In this document: positions 35,683-45,954 of the stretch, piece after piece
How positions within the stretch are numbered: position 1 is the first letter of the stretch
How the letters are laid out: the number at the start of each line of letters is the position of its first letter
NCBI GenBank assembly: GCA_034414555.1
Contig: DAOUMA010000020.1
Coordinates: 43,771-107,770, forward strand
From: Dehalococcoidia bacterium
GTDB lineage: Bacteria > Chloroflexota > Dehalococcoidia > GIF9 > AB-539-J10
Reading direction: 5' to 3'
Length of the DNA: 64,000 bases
Translations under genes and position numbers: made by a program
Notes under the pieces: model-generated
Told to the model about the DNA's origin: nothing
The model's input: the letters and a program-made list of their open reading frames with translations, nothing else
The model's database searches: none

Positions 35683-36201
35683 ATGCCAGATTCAGAAGTA
35701 GTAAATTTGCCGGTTCTGGTTCTTAATCAGAGCTATGAGCCATTGAATTTATGTCGTGTACGCCGAGCTATAATCTTGACTGTTTATGGTAAAGCGGAAG
35801 TCTTGGAAAACAGCAGGGGAGAAATTCATTCCGCAAGGCAGGTTTTTCAGGTACCCTCGGTGATACGTCTTGCTTATTTCGTTAAACGCCCTTATCACGA
35901 AAGAAAATTAACCAAGGTCGAGGTATTCATCCGTGATGAATATACTTGCCAGTATTGTGGTAAACAAACCAGGGAGCTTACGTTAGACCATGTAATTCCA
36001 CGGCAGCATGGTGGAGGGCATATTTGGGAGAATGTGGTTAGTGCTTGTAAGGGCTGCAACCGCCGTAAAGGTGGGCGCACGCCTGAAGAGGCAGGGATGA
36101 AATTGCTACGCCCTCCACGCACCCCTCGCCACGACGGCTTCTATATTCCCTATCATTACCTTAATAGCCATAGTGAGTGGCAAAAGTATATTCCTGAATA
36201 A
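35683..36201 (+). CDS. HNH endonuclease (McrA-like, chromosomal type)
   Basis: VLVLNQSYEPL, RDEYTCQYCG, TLDHVIP, NVVSACKGCNRRKG; promoter TTGCAA-17-TAAAAT upstream. Confidence 0.92.
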   Translation: MPDSEVVNLPVLVLNQSYEPLNLCRVRRAIILTVYGKAEVLENSRGEIHSARQVFQVPSVIRLAYFVKRPYHERKLTKVEVFIRDEYTCQYCGKQTRELTLDHVIPRQHGGGHIWENVVSACKGCNRRKGGRTPEEAGMKLLRPPRTPRHDGFYIPYHYLNSHSEWQKYIPE

Positions 36202-36220
36202 ATATATGACTATGCCTTGT

Positions 36221-37003
36221 TCAAGTTAGCTGATCGAGGGATAGTTCTCTAACACTCTGGTCATCGAGCTTTATTGTTACTGTTTCTTTTAAGGGATTGG
36301 TGCTAATCACTTTAGCCTTTCCAAAAGGTGTTGAGATCTCCTGCTTTACTCGAGGCATTTTCTCCTTCATAGCCGCGTATTGTTTGCTTTCATAACTAAG
36401 GCAGCACAGGAGTCGCCCGCAAATTCCAGAGATTTTCATGGGACTCAAGGATAACTTTTGCTCTTTAGCCATTCTGATCGACACTGGTACAAATTCTTTG
36501 AGAAAGCTCTGGCAACATAGTGGACGGCCACATTTCCCGATACCCCCGATCAACCTAGCCTCATCTCTAGGGCTTACTTGTCTCAACTCCACTCTTGTTT
36601 TGAGGCGCTGGCTTAGTTTTCGAACTAGCTCTCTGAAGTCGATCCTTGTTTGAGCACTAAAGTATATAGTTAAGTGCTTACCATCGAGGTTATAATGAGC
36701 CACAAGAGGCTTCATTGCTAAGTCAAGCTCACTAACTAGTTTTTTACAGCTATTAAGGGCTTTACTTTCTTGGTGGTAATTCTGCTTAGCTTTTTCTAGA
36801 TCTTCTGGTTGTGCCTGGCGTACTAATTTTACTAATGGTTTTTGGGGATTGCTTGCCTGCTGAGCCTCAGCAATAACCACTTTACCCAGGTCTGTTCCAT
36901 GCTCTGTGTCCAATACCACGTAATCATTAAGTTCTACTTGGATTTCACCAGTATCACAATAAATTACCTTACTTTTAGGTTGAAGATAAACTCCGACTAT
37001 CAT
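36221..37003 (-). CDS. PSP1-domain protein (YaaT/RicT family)
   Basis: RIDFRELVRKL, GGIGKCGRPLCC, ISGICGRLLCCL. Confidence 0.93.
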   Translation of the reverse strand: MIVGVYLQPKSKVIYCDTGEIQVELNDYVVLDTEHGTDLGKVVIAEAQQASNPQKPLVKLVRQAQPEDLEKAKQNYHQESKALNSCKKLVSELDLAMKPLVAHYNLDGKHLTIYFSAQTRIDFRELVRKLSQRLKTRVELRQVSPRDEARLIGGIGKCGRPLCCQSFLKEFVPVSIRMAKEQKLSLSPMKISGICGRLLCCLSYESKQYAAMKEKMPRVKQEISTPFGKAKVISTNPLKETVTIKLDDQSVRELSLDQLT

Positions 37004-37006
37004 AAG

Positions 37007-37996
37007 CTAGTTCTCCACCTTTGGCATATTAAGCATTAGCCATTCCAATAGTAATCGCGGATTTATGTTTTTAATTATCTGGTCTCTTACCAAACATAAA
37101 TTAGCAATGAAATCATTAATCTCACGCATGGTTAAATTACTTGCCTGTCGTTCCAGTGTAGTTTTATAGTCTATATTGGTGATAGGTTCCTCGCAACTGC
37201 CCCGAATAAGCATCAAGTCACGCCACCAATCAATCCAGTTTTCTATAATTTCTATTACAGCCCTTCGCTGCTGATTAAATTGAGTAGCCCACTCTTGGGC
37301 ACAGGCAAAGCGCTGTTCTAAATTAGCAATAAGCAGCGAGACAAATTTATTAATATTTTGAGCTCGCTGAGAAAGTAAATTATTATCTTTCATGGCTGAT
37401 ATCGCCCAGCCGAGGCAGCCGTGACTCAGTCGAGCTAAAAGATTTGCTTCATCGGGATTGATGTTATAACGGGCTATAAGTATTCTTTGTATCTCCTTCG
37501 TGGGCAGACGCTTGAATTCGAGTCTTTGACATCGGGAGATGACCGTCAGCGGAAGGCGAGTTTCCTCGCTAGCTAGCAACAACCAGAGGACTTTGGATGG
37601 TGGTTCTTCCAAAATTTTGAGTAAACAGTTTGCCGCTTCAATGGATAGATATTCGGCATCGTTGATGATGAATACTTTATATTTGCCTTCGTATGGTGGC
37701 AGGTTAGCTAAATGCTGAAGCTCTCGAATACTATCGATGCTGATTTCGACATTTGAGTTCAAGTGTGTGAAGATGACATCGGCATGCTTTTCCTGGGCAA
37801 TTCTGCGACAGGAATGGCATTGACCACAGGGTGGTTCAGTGCCATCGCAATTCACTGCTTGCGCTATGTTAAGAGCTAAAGTTCTTTTTCCTATGTGGTG
37901 TGGACCTGCTAGGAGATAGGCGTGTGCGATGTTACCTTCTCTAAAATTTTGGGTTAATAAAGATAAAACTTTGTCTTGTCCAATTACTTGCCACAT
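37007..37996 (-). CDS. holB: DNA polymerase III delta-prime subunit
   Basis: HAYLLAGP, CGQCHSC, AANCLLKILEEP, TVISRC. Confidence 0.93.
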   Translation of the reverse strand: MWQVIGQDKVLSLLTQNFREGNIAHAYLLAGPHHIGKRTLALNIAQAVNCDGTEPPCGQCHSCRRIAQEKHADVIFTHLNSNVEISIDSIRELQHLANLPPYEGKYKVFIINDAEYLSIEAANCLLKILEEPPSKVLWLLLASEETRLPLTVISRCQRLEFKRLPTKEIQRILIARYNINPDEANLLARLSHGCLGWAISAMKDNNLLSQRAQNINKFVSLLIANLEQRFACAQEWATQFNQQRRAVIEIIENWIDWWRDLMLIRGSCEEPITNIDYKTTLERQASNLTMREINDFIANLCLVRDQIIKNINPRLLLEWLMLNMPKVEN

Positions 37997-38007
37997 GTTA
38001 AATTTTA

Positions 38008-38035
38008 CCCTAAAAAATTCGGAGAATTTTTAGGG
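38008..38035. terminator. Hairpin between lysA and holB
   Basis: CCCTAAAAAATTC-GGA-GAATTTTTAGGG. Confidence 0.5.
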
Positions 38036-38041
38036 GGCCCA

Positions 38042-39367
38042 TTAAATTGTGTCTAAGCCTATTAAATCCTGGTAAGTTTCTCGGCGACGGATAAGATTCG
38101 CTTTGCCTTCATTCACCATAATTATAGCTGGTCGGGGCAAGGCATTATAGTTGCTCCACATCGGGATAGAGTAAGCGCCGCAAACCGGTATCGCTATAAT
38201 ATCGCCTGGGGAAACCAAAGCCAAATTAGTGTCTCTTACTAAAATATCTCCTGATTCGCAAAGCTTGCCAGCGATGGTAACGATTTCACTCTCTTCCTGC
38301 AATGCTTTATTGGCTACCAGAGCTTCATGTTTAGTTCCGTAAAGGGCAGGGCGGATGTTATCATTCATGCCACCATCAATACATATGTATTTTCTTATGT
38401 TGGGTATCTCCTTTATCGCTCCAACTTTATATAATGCTACTCCAGCTTGGGCGATAATGCCTCTTCCTGGTTCAATGATGAGTCTGGGGTAGTCTAATTC
38501 AAGTTGATGAATAAGGTTATTCAGCTTCTCCCCTATGGCTTGAGCATATTCAACTACATCAGGTGCTTTAGAATCCAGGGAATATCGGACAGCAAAACCC
38601 CCGCCAACGCTAAACTCCTTGAATTCAAAGCTATCCTTTCGCTTCATTTGGTGAATGAAGTGGAGGACGAGCTCTATGGCTAGCTGGTAAGGCTCTAGCT
38701 CGAATATCGGGGAACCAAGGTGAAAATGGAATCCTACTAGATTAATATTGGAAGCTGCTGTAGCTTGCTCTGCAGCTTCTTCAGCTTGTCCTGTAGCCAG
38801 GGGAAAACCAAATTTGCTGTCTAATGTTCCTGTTGTGGTGTATTTGTGGGTGTGAGGGTCTACCCCAGGAGTAATGCGAAGCAAGATATCTTGATTGATG
38901 CCTTTGTCATAAGCTAGTTTATTTAGCAATTCAAGTTCGTAAAGATTATCTACGACAACTCGTCCAACATTCCAATTGAGAGCCAGTTTCAACTCTTCCA
39001 AGGTCTTGTTGTTGCCGTGGAAATAAACTTTGCTCAGTGGGAAGTCTACGGAGTGAGCAATAGCAAGCTCTCCACCGGAAACAACGTCAAGTCCCAGCCC
39101 CTCTTGGGCAATGAGGGCAGCTAAAGCTCTGTTAAGAAAAGCTTTGGAGGCGTAAATGACCAGTGTGTCTTTATAATATTTGGAGAATTCAGTGATAAAT
39201 TGCTGGCAATTATGGTGAATGGTGAACTCGTCGAAGATGTAGAGTGGTGTGCCGAGTTCCTCGGCTAAATCAACGGTATCGCAGCTGCCAATGCGAAGAT
39301 GCCCTTGATTATTTACTTCCGTGGTAAGCGGGAAAAGGGAAAGTTTAGCTGAAGACTTTATGTTCAC
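38042..39367 (-). CDS. lysA: Diaminopimelate decarboxylase
   Basis: YASKAF (PLP Lys), HFHLGS, EPGR, IDGGM, GKLCESGD. Confidence 0.96.
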   Translation of the reverse strand: MNIKSSAKLSLFPLTTEVNNQGHLRIGSCDTVDLAEELGTPLYIFDEFTIHHNCQQFITEFSKYYKDTLVIYASKAFLNRALAALIAQEGLGLDVVSGGELAIAHSVDFPLSKVYFHGNNKTLEELKLALNWNVGRVVVDNLYELELLNKLAYDKGINQDILLRITPGVDPHTHKYTTTGTLDSKFGFPLATGQAEEAAEQATAASNINLVGFHFHLGSPIFELEPYQLAIELVLHFIHQMKRKDSFEFKEFSVGGGFAVRYSLDSKAPDVVEYAQAIGEKLNNLIHQLELDYPRLIIEPGRGIIAQAGVALYKVGAIKEIPNIRKYICIDGGMNDNIRPALYGTKHEALVANKALQEESEIVTIAGKLCESGDILVRDTNLALVSPGDIIAIPVCGAYSIPMWSNYNALPRPAIIMVNEGKANLIRRRETYQDLIGLDTI

Positions 39368-39372
39368 TTTGA

Positions 39373-39687
39373 CTATGGAATGTTACCATAAATTTTTTTG
39401 TTCAGTCTAATCGCCAGTTCCATTATATCCTCCTTTCGGGCAATTTGCTCAACCCAGTCTTTTGGTATATTTTCATAGCCATAGTATATTCCTGCTAGTC
39501 CTCCAATAACTGCGCCCGTGGTATCAGTATTGCCTCCAAGGTTTACTGTGTTGAGCACTGCTTCAGCGTATGAGTTATTGGTGAGAAGACACCACAGACT
39601 AGCCTCAAGCGTATCGATGACATAGCCACTGGACTTTATTTCCTCTTCAGTAAGTTTTGAAATGTCAGCTTGTAGAATTCTGGAAAA
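39373..39687 (-). pseudogene. C-terminal remnant of an ADP-ribosylglycohydrolase (DraG-like)
   Basis: SSGYVIDTLEASLWC, VNLGGNTDTTGAVIGGLAGIYYG, IPKDW; the N-terminal two-thirds is missing, and homology starts at the stop codon of the upstream antiporter. Confidence 0.8.
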
Positions 39688-39688
39688 G

Positions 39689-41488
39689 TTATCCACCTTT
39701 TTTGTTGTTAACTTCCTCGTTTTTAGTAACGTGGTAACCAAACAAGGTGGTCCTGAAAGTTGTTTCTAGTTGACTGTGTATGTTTCTAACTGATGTTGAG
39801 AGAAAGTAGATTAAGATAGCAAGGAGTATGATGGGAGCAGCAATGGCAAAAGAACCAAGAGAAAGGAGACTGATAATCAGCGGGATAGACCATATGGCCA
39901 GAAGTATTGATAGTGGAACCATAATACTGCCTCTAATGATGGTATGCAGTGTCTCCTGATTCAACGCTCTGGCTGATGAGCGTCGCGAGAGCAAATATTT
40001 TATCGTTTCATCTATTAACAGTCGAAGATTGCGCCAAAAGGCTATTAGGGGAGGAACGCACAGAACCAAGATGAGGAAGCTAATTAGCAATCCCAGTATA
40101 TCGGGGCGCAAGTGAGTAAAAGTGGCGATATTACCCACGAATTGAACAGCACTTGTTCCGATACCAATGAGGACTGCTATAAGCAAGAAGTTGACCAGTA
40201 CATTTCTTCCTGAGTGCTGGATTTCCTGGGCTGTTTTGCTTCGGCTAGAGAAAGCGTTGCGGATACCATGCAGCCAATTTGAGAAGCTTGCCTCGTATCT
40301 TTTAATCGGTTCAGAGGCTCTACGGTTTAGCAAGTCTGCTATTGGGTCAGCCAAGCGTGTGATATATGGTGTGGTAAAAGACGTAATTGCCGTCGTTGCT
40401 ACTACCACGGGATAAAGTAGCGGTATCACAGCGCCGCTATCTACACCGGTTTTGGCTATGGCAAGTGAAAACTCACCCGCCTGTGGCATACCTGTTCCTA
40501 CTCGCAAGGATGTCCTACCAGTGAACCCACAAAGAAATGTTCCCAGGGTATTGCCAAGGATTTTACCTAAGATGAAGAAGGCAGAGGTAACCAACGCAAG
40601 AAAGATGAAGCTTTTAAATTGGAGGATATTGATAAGCATTCCTATCGATACGAAAAATAGGGCAGCAAACATGTCACGGACGGGAGTCACTACTTGGTCG
40701 ATCTCTTTAGAATGCTTTGTATCACCGATTAAGGCGCCTATCAAAAAAGCACCGGCAGCTACAGATAAGCCCAGGTACTTGCTAAGCAAAGCCATAATGA
40801 AACACAAACTTATGCTGGTGATTAGCAAAGCTTCTCTGGAATGGAAGCGGTGGGTGAATTCGATTATCCTGGGAACCAATAGGGCACCGAAACCTAGGGC
40901 GGCAGCAAAAAATATGATTAGCCTAAGCATCAGAGGACCGATGTCGCCAAAAGTAGCAGCCCCGGTGGTAGCTATACCGGAAAGCACAGCGATGATTACT
41001 ACAGCGGCGAAATCCTCGACCACCAGGATGCCCACTATGAGTTTTGAGGAAAGTAGGTTCTGCCTTCCCATGTCTCGAAGTATCTTGACGATTATTGCCG
41101 AACTGCTTATGTGCATAGCAGCCCCGAGGAAGATAGAGTCTAACGTTGACCACCCAAAAAGCTGTCCCAATCCATAGCCCAAGGCGAACATGGTAAATAT
41201 TTCGATGCCCCCAATTATTGGCGCTGCTAGCCCTACTGCCCTGATTTTGCTCCAGCTAAACTCAAGACCTATACCGAATAGAAGCAACACCAGTCCCAGA
41301 TCAGCTAGTAACCGTATGGTGTCAATATTTTCCACCAGTGGGATTGGGAGGGTATAAGGACTGATAATAAGCCCGGCTATTAAATATCCCAGTATGGGAG
41401 GCTGACGCAGCCGGCGGAATAGGAGCGTAACCCCACCAGCTACTGCCATTATAATGGCAAAATCTTTGACCAGAGTGAATTCTACCAT
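39689..41488 (-). CDS. Cation:proton antiporter (CPA2, KefB/YbaL-like) with extended C-terminal membrane region
   Basis: QPPILGYLIAG, LLFGIGLEFS, ISSSAIIVK, ILVVEDF, MPQAGEFSLAIA. Confidence 0.9.
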   Translation of the reverse strand: MVEFTLVKDFAIIMAVAGGVTLLFRRLRQPPILGYLIAGLIISPYTLPIPLVENIDTIRLLADLGLVLLLFGIGLEFSWSKIRAVGLAAPIIGGIEIFTMFALGYGLGQLFGWSTLDSIFLGAAMHISSSAIIVKILRDMGRQNLLSSKLIVGILVVEDFAAVVIIAVLSGIATTGAATFGDIGPLMLRLIIFFAAALGFGALLVPRIIEFTHRFHSREALLITSISLCFIMALLSKYLGLSVAAGAFLIGALIGDTKHSKEIDQVVTPVRDMFAALFFVSIGMLINILQFKSFIFLALVTSAFFILGKILGNTLGTFLCGFTGRTSLRVGTGMPQAGEFSLAIAKTGVDSGAVIPLLYPVVVATTAITSFTTPYITRLADPIADLLNRRASEPIKRYEASFSNWLHGIRNAFSSRSKTAQEIQHSGRNVLVNFLLIAVLIGIGTSAVQFVGNIATFTHLRPDILGLLISFLILVLCVPPLIAFWRNLRLLIDETIKYLLSRRSSARALNQETLHTIIRGSIMVPLSILLAIWSIPLIISLLSLGSFAIAAPIILLAILIYFLSTSVRNIHSQLETTFRTTLFGYHVTKNEEVNNKKGG

Positions 41489-41600
41489 CGTGTGTTAAAA
41501 GACAGCTTTCTACAGGGCAATGGTAATACAAAGCAGAACCTGTGGCAATTGTGCTCTTTTTGTTGACGAAGAGCATGGACCACAGTAGAATTTGAGGCAA

Positions 41601-42863
41601 GTGTATACTAAAACTGTTTTTGACAACGGATTAAGGGTTATTACCAGCGTTATGCCTTACACTCGTTCAGTATGCCTTGCTTTTCTTGTTGGTGCCGGCT
41701 CCTGTTATGAAAATGAGGAGGAAGTCGGCATTTCTCATTTTGCTGAGCATATGTATTTCAAAGGCACAAAACGGAGACCAACAGCTAAAGACATAAGTCA
41801 GGATGTTGAAGGCGTAGGTGGCATAATCAATGCTGGCACGGATAAGGAAATAACCGTCTTTTGGTGTAAAGTAGCGGCTACCCATTTTCCTGTAGCTCTG
41901 GATGTATTATCTGATTTGCTGTGTAATTCTCGTTTCGATTCCAATGATATAGAGCAAGAACGCCGAGTCATCATTGAAGAAATAAATATGCACATGGATA
42001 TTCCTCAAGAACGAGTAAATATGCTTATTGATGAGCTTTTATGGCCTGACCAGCCTTTGGGGCGTGAGGTCAGCGGGAGTAAAGAAACTGTAGCCGCGAT
42101 AACCAGGGAACGGATGTTAAGATATATCGCTCATCGATATTTGCCTAATAATACTGTGGTTAGTGTTGCTGGTAATGTACCGCCTGACGAAACATTAGCT
42201 CGTATCGAGGCATTGTTTCATGACTGGTCTGCAGGTAAACGATTGGCGGGTTATGTAACCAACAGTGGGCAAGATGCACCGAGATTACGTATGGAACACA
42301 AGGATAGTGAACAAGCACATCTTTGTTTAGGCGTCCATGGGTTCTCGCATTTCCATCCCCGACGTTTTGCTCTTGACTTACTGAATACAGTGTTTGGGGT
42401 GGGAATGAGCAGTCGCTTATTCACTGAGGTTCGAGAGAAGAAAGGGCTGGCATATGATATACATAGCTATGTGGAGCATTTCCTTAATTCCGGGTCATTT
42501 GTTGTCTACGCTGGCGTGGACACAAATAAGGCAGAAACTGCCATTGCCACTATAGTTGAGGAAATAGCTAAGCTGAAGCAGGGAATCGCTGCGGACGAGC
42601 TTCACAGAGCCAAGGAATTATCAAAGGGGAGGTTGCAACTTCGGCTTGAGGATAGTCAGAATATGGCTCTATGGTTGGGTGGCCAGGAATTGGTGAGGCG
42701 GAAGATTCTCGATGTAGATGAGGTTATCTCTATAATAGAGGCTATCACCGAGGATGAGTTAAAGGAGGTAGCCCGGGAAGTTCTGATTGACAATGAACTC
42801 AACTTAGCTGTGGTGGGGTCGGTAAAACGGGAAAAACCTCTGCTAAATTTACTCAAGCTATGA
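41601..42863 (+). CDS. M16 family zinc peptidase
   Basis: NGLRV, HFAEH (HxxEH), GGIINAGT, GMSSRLFTEVREKKGLAY. Confidence 0.93.
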   Translation: MYTKTVFDNGLRVITSVMPYTRSVCLAFLVGAGSCYENEEEVGISHFAEHMYFKGTKRRPTAKDISQDVEGVGGIINAGTDKEITVFWCKVAATHFPVALDVLSDLLCNSRFDSNDIEQERRVIIEEINMHMDIPQERVNMLIDELLWPDQPLGREVSGSKETVAAITRERMLRYIAHRYLPNNTVVSVAGNVPPDETLARIEALFHDWSAGKRLAGYVTNSGQDAPRLRMEHKDSEQAHLCLGVHGFSHFHPRRFALDLLNTVFGVGMSSRLFTEVREKKGLAYDIHSYVEHFLNSGSFVVYAGVDTNKAETAIATIVEEIAKLKQGIAADELHRAKELSKGRLQLRLEDSQNMALWLGGQELVRRKILDVDEVISIIEAITEDELKEVAREVLIDNELNLAVVGSVKREKPLLNLLKL

Positions 42864-42864
42864 A

Positions 42865-42895
42865 AAGAGGAGCTGCTTGGTAAGCAGCTCCTCTT
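42865..42895. terminator. Bidirectional terminator hairpin between the convergent M16 peptidase gene and groEL
   Basis: Perfect 14-bp stem AAGAGGAGCTGCTT-GGT-AAGCAGCTCCTCTT. Confidence 0.8.
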
Positions 42896-42912
42896 AATAG
42901 TGGTGCTTGTTA

Positions 42913-44532
42913 TCAATACTCAGGATACCCGCCACCGGGTGGCATTGGCATTTTTTCCTTTTCGGGAATATCGGTTACCAAGGATTCAGTGGTCAAAATC
43001 ATATTGGCGATGCTAGCGCCATTTTGCAGCGCAGACCTGGTGACCTTAAGCGGGTCAACAATACCTCTTTTCACCATGTCGACACCCAATTCATCCTTAA
43101 GGGCATCATAGCCTACACCTGCTGGGCTTTCCTTTACTTTGTTTACTATTACTGAACCCTCTCTTCCACTATTGGCAGCAATACAGCGAATAGGTGCTTC
43201 TAAGGCATGCCTTAGAACAGCAACGCCAGTAGCTTCATCTCCCTTGACCTTTAGCTTGTCCAGGACAGGTATTGCGTTGAGAAGGGCGACACCGCCTCCA
43301 GGTAAAATGCCTTCCTCTACCGCAGCCCGTGTAGCGGATAAGGCATCTTCCATGCGGTGTTTCCTCTCTTTTAAATCTACCTCGGTGGCAGCACCTACCT
43401 TTATTACCGCCACGCCACCAGCCAATTTAGCTAATCTCTCCTGGAGTTTTTCCTTATCATAGTCAGATGTAGTTATATCAATTTGAGACCTGATTTGCTT
43501 GATTCTCGCTTCAATATCTCCGGTTTTTCCTTTTCCTTCAACGATGGTGGTATTGTCTTTGTCAGCAACAACTTTTCGTGCGCGCCCGAGGTCTTCTATA
43601 GTTACTGAATCTAGCTTTCTACCAACTTCTTCAGATATGACCTTACCGCCAGTGAGGACAGCTATATCCTGAAGCATTTCCTTTCGTCTGTCCCCGAAGC
43701 CTGGTGCTTTAACTGCCAGAGGGCTTAAAGTCCCCCTCAGCTTATTGACTACCAAGGTAGCTAAGGGTTCACCTTCCACATCCTCCGCGATGATAACGAT
43801 GTTCTTGGAGGTCTGGACGATCTTTTCTAGGGCGGGAAGGATATCATTCAGGGCAGAGATTTTCTTATCGGTAATGAGGATGTATGGGTCTTCCAGCTCG
43901 CATCTCATCTGCTCAATATTAGTGGTGAAGTAAGGGCTGATATAACCTCGGTCAAATTTCATGCCCTCGACGTATTCAGTTTCGAATTCTAATCCTTTGC
44001 CTTCCTCAATGGTGATAACACCATCCTTACCTACCTTTTCCATCACATTGGCAATTAAATTGCCAATGTCCTCATCCGCTGCTGATATGGAAGCTACTTG
44101 AGCCACTTGCTCTTTGCCAGCTACAGGGATGGCTATTTTTTTAAGTTCTCCCACCACAGCCGACACTCCTTTCTCAATGCCACGCTTCAAAGCCATGGCA
44201 TCAGTGCCAGCGGCGATGTTCTTGAAGCCTTCAGCGATAATGCCTTGTGCCAGAATAACAGATGTGCTGGTTCCATCGCCGCACTGGTCATTAGTTTTGG
44301 TTGCTGCCTCTTTTACTAGTTGAACTCCCATATTTTCAAATGGGTCGGGCAATTCTATATCCTTGGCGATGGAAACGCCATCGTTGAGAACTGAGGGAGC
44401 GCCAAATTTCTTGTCCAGTGCTACTGGACGCCCGCGTGGTCCTAACGTTACTTTAATTGCATCGGTTAGAGTAGTTATGCCTGTTTTGAGTGCTTTTCTT
44501 GCTTCTTCACCGAAAAGAAGTTGTTTTGCCAT
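42913..44532 (-). CDS. groL: Chaperonin GroEL
   Basis: [37 protein letters not shown]. Confidence 0.98.
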   Translation of the reverse strand: MAKQLLFGEEARKALKTGITTLTDAIKVTLGPRGRPVALDKKFGAPSVLNDGVSIAKDIELPDPFENMGVQLVKEAATKTNDQCGDGTSTSVILAQGIIAEGFKNIAAGTDAMALKRGIEKGVSAVVGELKKIAIPVAGKEQVAQVASISAADEDIGNLIANVMEKVGKDGVITIEEGKGLEFETEYVEGMKFDRGYISPYFTTNIEQMRCELEDPYILITDKKISALNDILPALEKIVQTSKNIVIIAEDVEGEPLATLVVNKLRGTLSPLAVKAPGFGDRRKEMLQDIAVLTGGKVISEEVGRKLDSVTIEDLGRARKVVADKDNTTIVEGKGKTGDIEARIKQIRSQIDITTSDYDKEKLQERLAKLAGGVAVIKVGAATEVDLKERKHRMEDALSATRAAVEEGILPGGGVALLNAIPVLDKLKVKGDEATGVAVLRHALEAPIRCIAANSGREGSVIVNKVKESPAGVGYDALKDELGVDMVKRGIVDPLKVTRSALQNGASIANMILTTESLVTDIPEKEKMPMPPGGGYPEY

Positions 44533-44547
44533 TTAATTCCCCTCCTT

Positions 44548-44844
44548 TTATGAACTCCGCTTGGCTAAAATATCGCTCTCGCGAACAATAATCAATTCTT
44601 CGTCGTCGACCTTAATCTCTGTCCCGGCATATTTGGAATAGATCACCTTGTCTCCTACTTTCACTTCCATAGCGATACGCTTCCCATCTTCAGATAGCTT
44701 GCCTGGACCTGCAGCGATGATTTTGCCTTCTTGGGGCTTTTCCTTGACTGTATCTGGTAGAACAATTCCCCCTTTGCTTACTTCTTCCTTGGGAGTAGGT
44801 TTAATCACTACCCTGTCTCCCAAAGGCTTAATTTTAGTTGCCAT
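44548..44844 (-). CDS. groS: Co-chaperonin GroES
   Basis: [25 protein letters not shown]. Confidence 0.98.
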   Translation of the reverse strand: MATKIKPLGDRVVIKPTPKEEVSKGGIVLPDTVKEKPQEGKIIAAGPGKLSEDGKRIAMEVKVGDKVIYSKYAGTEIKVDDEELIIVRESDILAKRSS

Positions 44845-44871
44845 AACACCTCCTTTGTTAAAGCTTAATTT

Positions 44872-44928
44872 TTAGCACTCTATACGATAGAGTGCTAAGT
44901 ATTATAACACAAAAATTTTTAAATGCAA
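44872..44928 (-). promoter_or_regulatory. CIRCE (HrcA operator) and groESL promoter
   Basis: Perfect TTAGCACTC-N9-GAGTGCTAA at 44872-44898; minus-strand TTGCAT-16-TATAAT with extended TG. Confidence 0.95.
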
Positions 44929-45011
44929 TACCATGTGCTGGCTGACATTTACGGTTACTTTTTTATGATTTAACAAGGAACTTATCGGTTACATATTACA
45001 AATTTGAATCA

Positions 45012-45164
45012 GAGATTGTTTAGCAACCTATCCCACTCCCTTCCCTTAGCAAGGGAAGGGGAATGTAGGTAAGAGAGGGGTGAAACCCCTCTCTTTAAAC
45101 CTCTTCCCCCTCTCCTTTGTTTGAGGGAGAGAGGGATAAAGGGGTGAGGTTAGTAAACACTCTC
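45012..45164. mobile_element. MITE/REP-like element, copy C (complete)
   Basis: 17-bp terminal inverted repeats, 14/17 complementary (GAGATTGTTTAGCAACC / GGTTAGTAAACACTCTC), with internal hairpins. Confidence 0.78.
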
Positions 45165-45175
45165 AAATCGTGATC

Positions 45176-45226
45176 TTGACAAACAAAAAAGGGATATTTA
45201 TAATCAATTTGTTAGACTTAGCTAAC
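45176..45226 (+). promoter_or_regulatory. Consensus sigma70 promoter with DtxR-type operator at the start site
   Basis: TTGACA 45176-45181, 17 nt, TATAAT 45199-45204; GTTAGACTTAGCTAAC 45211-45226. Confidence 0.85.
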
Positions 45227-45239
45227 ATTTTAACTCATA

Positions 45240-45722
45240 ATGGTAAAACAAAAGATGGTGAAGAGATATAGCGCAAGTCTGGAAGATTATCTTGAGGCAA
45301 TAGCCAATTTGTATACAGATGGAAAAGTTGTGAAGGTAAGACAACTTAGCCGTATGTTGAATGTAAAAATGCCCAGTGTTACCGCAGCGCTGGAAAGGCT
45401 TTCTGAGGAGGGGCTTGTAGTTCATAAGAGGTACGGCGATATAAAGCTCACACCTGAGGGTGATAGAGCAGCCCAGGATGTGATTCACCGTCATAGAGCG
45501 TTAAGCCGCTTTTTTGCCGAAGGGTTGAATATCAGCAAGAAAACGGCGGAAGAAGATGCCTGTAAGATTGAACATGTCATTAGCCCGTTAAGTCTGGAGA
45601 GGATAGTTAAGTTCATAGAATTTATTGAAGCGTGTCCATTAGGGGAAGCTAATTTCCCGAAGAGGTATAGATATTATCTAGAGCATGGGAAGCCTCCTCC
45701 GGAGTGTCTGGAGGGAAGATAG
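45240..45722 (+). CDS. DtxR/MntR-family metal-dependent repressor
   Basis: SLEDYLEAI, VKMPSVTAAL, RHRALSRFF, EDACKIEHVIS. Confidence 0.93.
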   Translation: MVKQKMVKRYSASLEDYLEAIANLYTDGKVVKVRQLSRMLNVKMPSVTAALERLSEEGLVVHKRYGDIKLTPEGDRAAQDVIHRHRALSRFFAEGLNISKKTAEEDACKIEHVISPLSLERIVKFIEFIEACPLGEANFPKRYRYYLEHGKPPPECLEGR

Positions 45723-45750
45723 GGAGGAAGAAAAAAAATTACCGTATTAA

Positions 45751-45766
45751 GTTAGACATGTCTAAC
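45751..45766. promoter_or_regulatory. Second DtxR-type operator upstream of feoAB
   Basis: Perfect palindrome GTTAGACATGTCTAAC, 13/16 identical to 45211-45226. Confidence 0.8.
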
Positions 45767-45784
45767 AAAAATCGGGGTGAGCGA

Positions 45785-45910
45785 ATGACGATGATAGCAA
45801 GTCAAGTTGGAATTGGTGATATGACGAGGATCATAGCGATTAAGATGGGTGCAAGTGCTGGTGCTTTCGGGCGGAGAATGACACAAAAAATCATTATGGT
45901 GGGGTATTAA
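45785..45910 (+). pseudogene. Internally deleted FeoA-like mini-ORF (41 aa)
   Basis: MTMIASQVGIGDMTRIIAIKMG resembles a FeoA N-terminus; AFGRRMTQKIIMV resembles the FeoA C-terminal A(L/I)G.GMA.(K/R)I.V. Confidence 0.4.
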
Positions 45911-45954
45911 GGGTGGGAAAAAGTTTCCAAGATGGAAGGCGAAGAGGGAAAATT

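Noticed and set aside
34826-36201. IS21 (IstB) transposon or prophage replication module with HNH
   Set aside because: There is no IstA, integrase or terminal repeats, and the genes continue the chromosomal rplI-dnaB-dnaD operon.
40452-41177. 241-aa plus-strand ORF
   Set aside because: It is the antisense shadow of the hydrophobic CPA2 antiporter gene.
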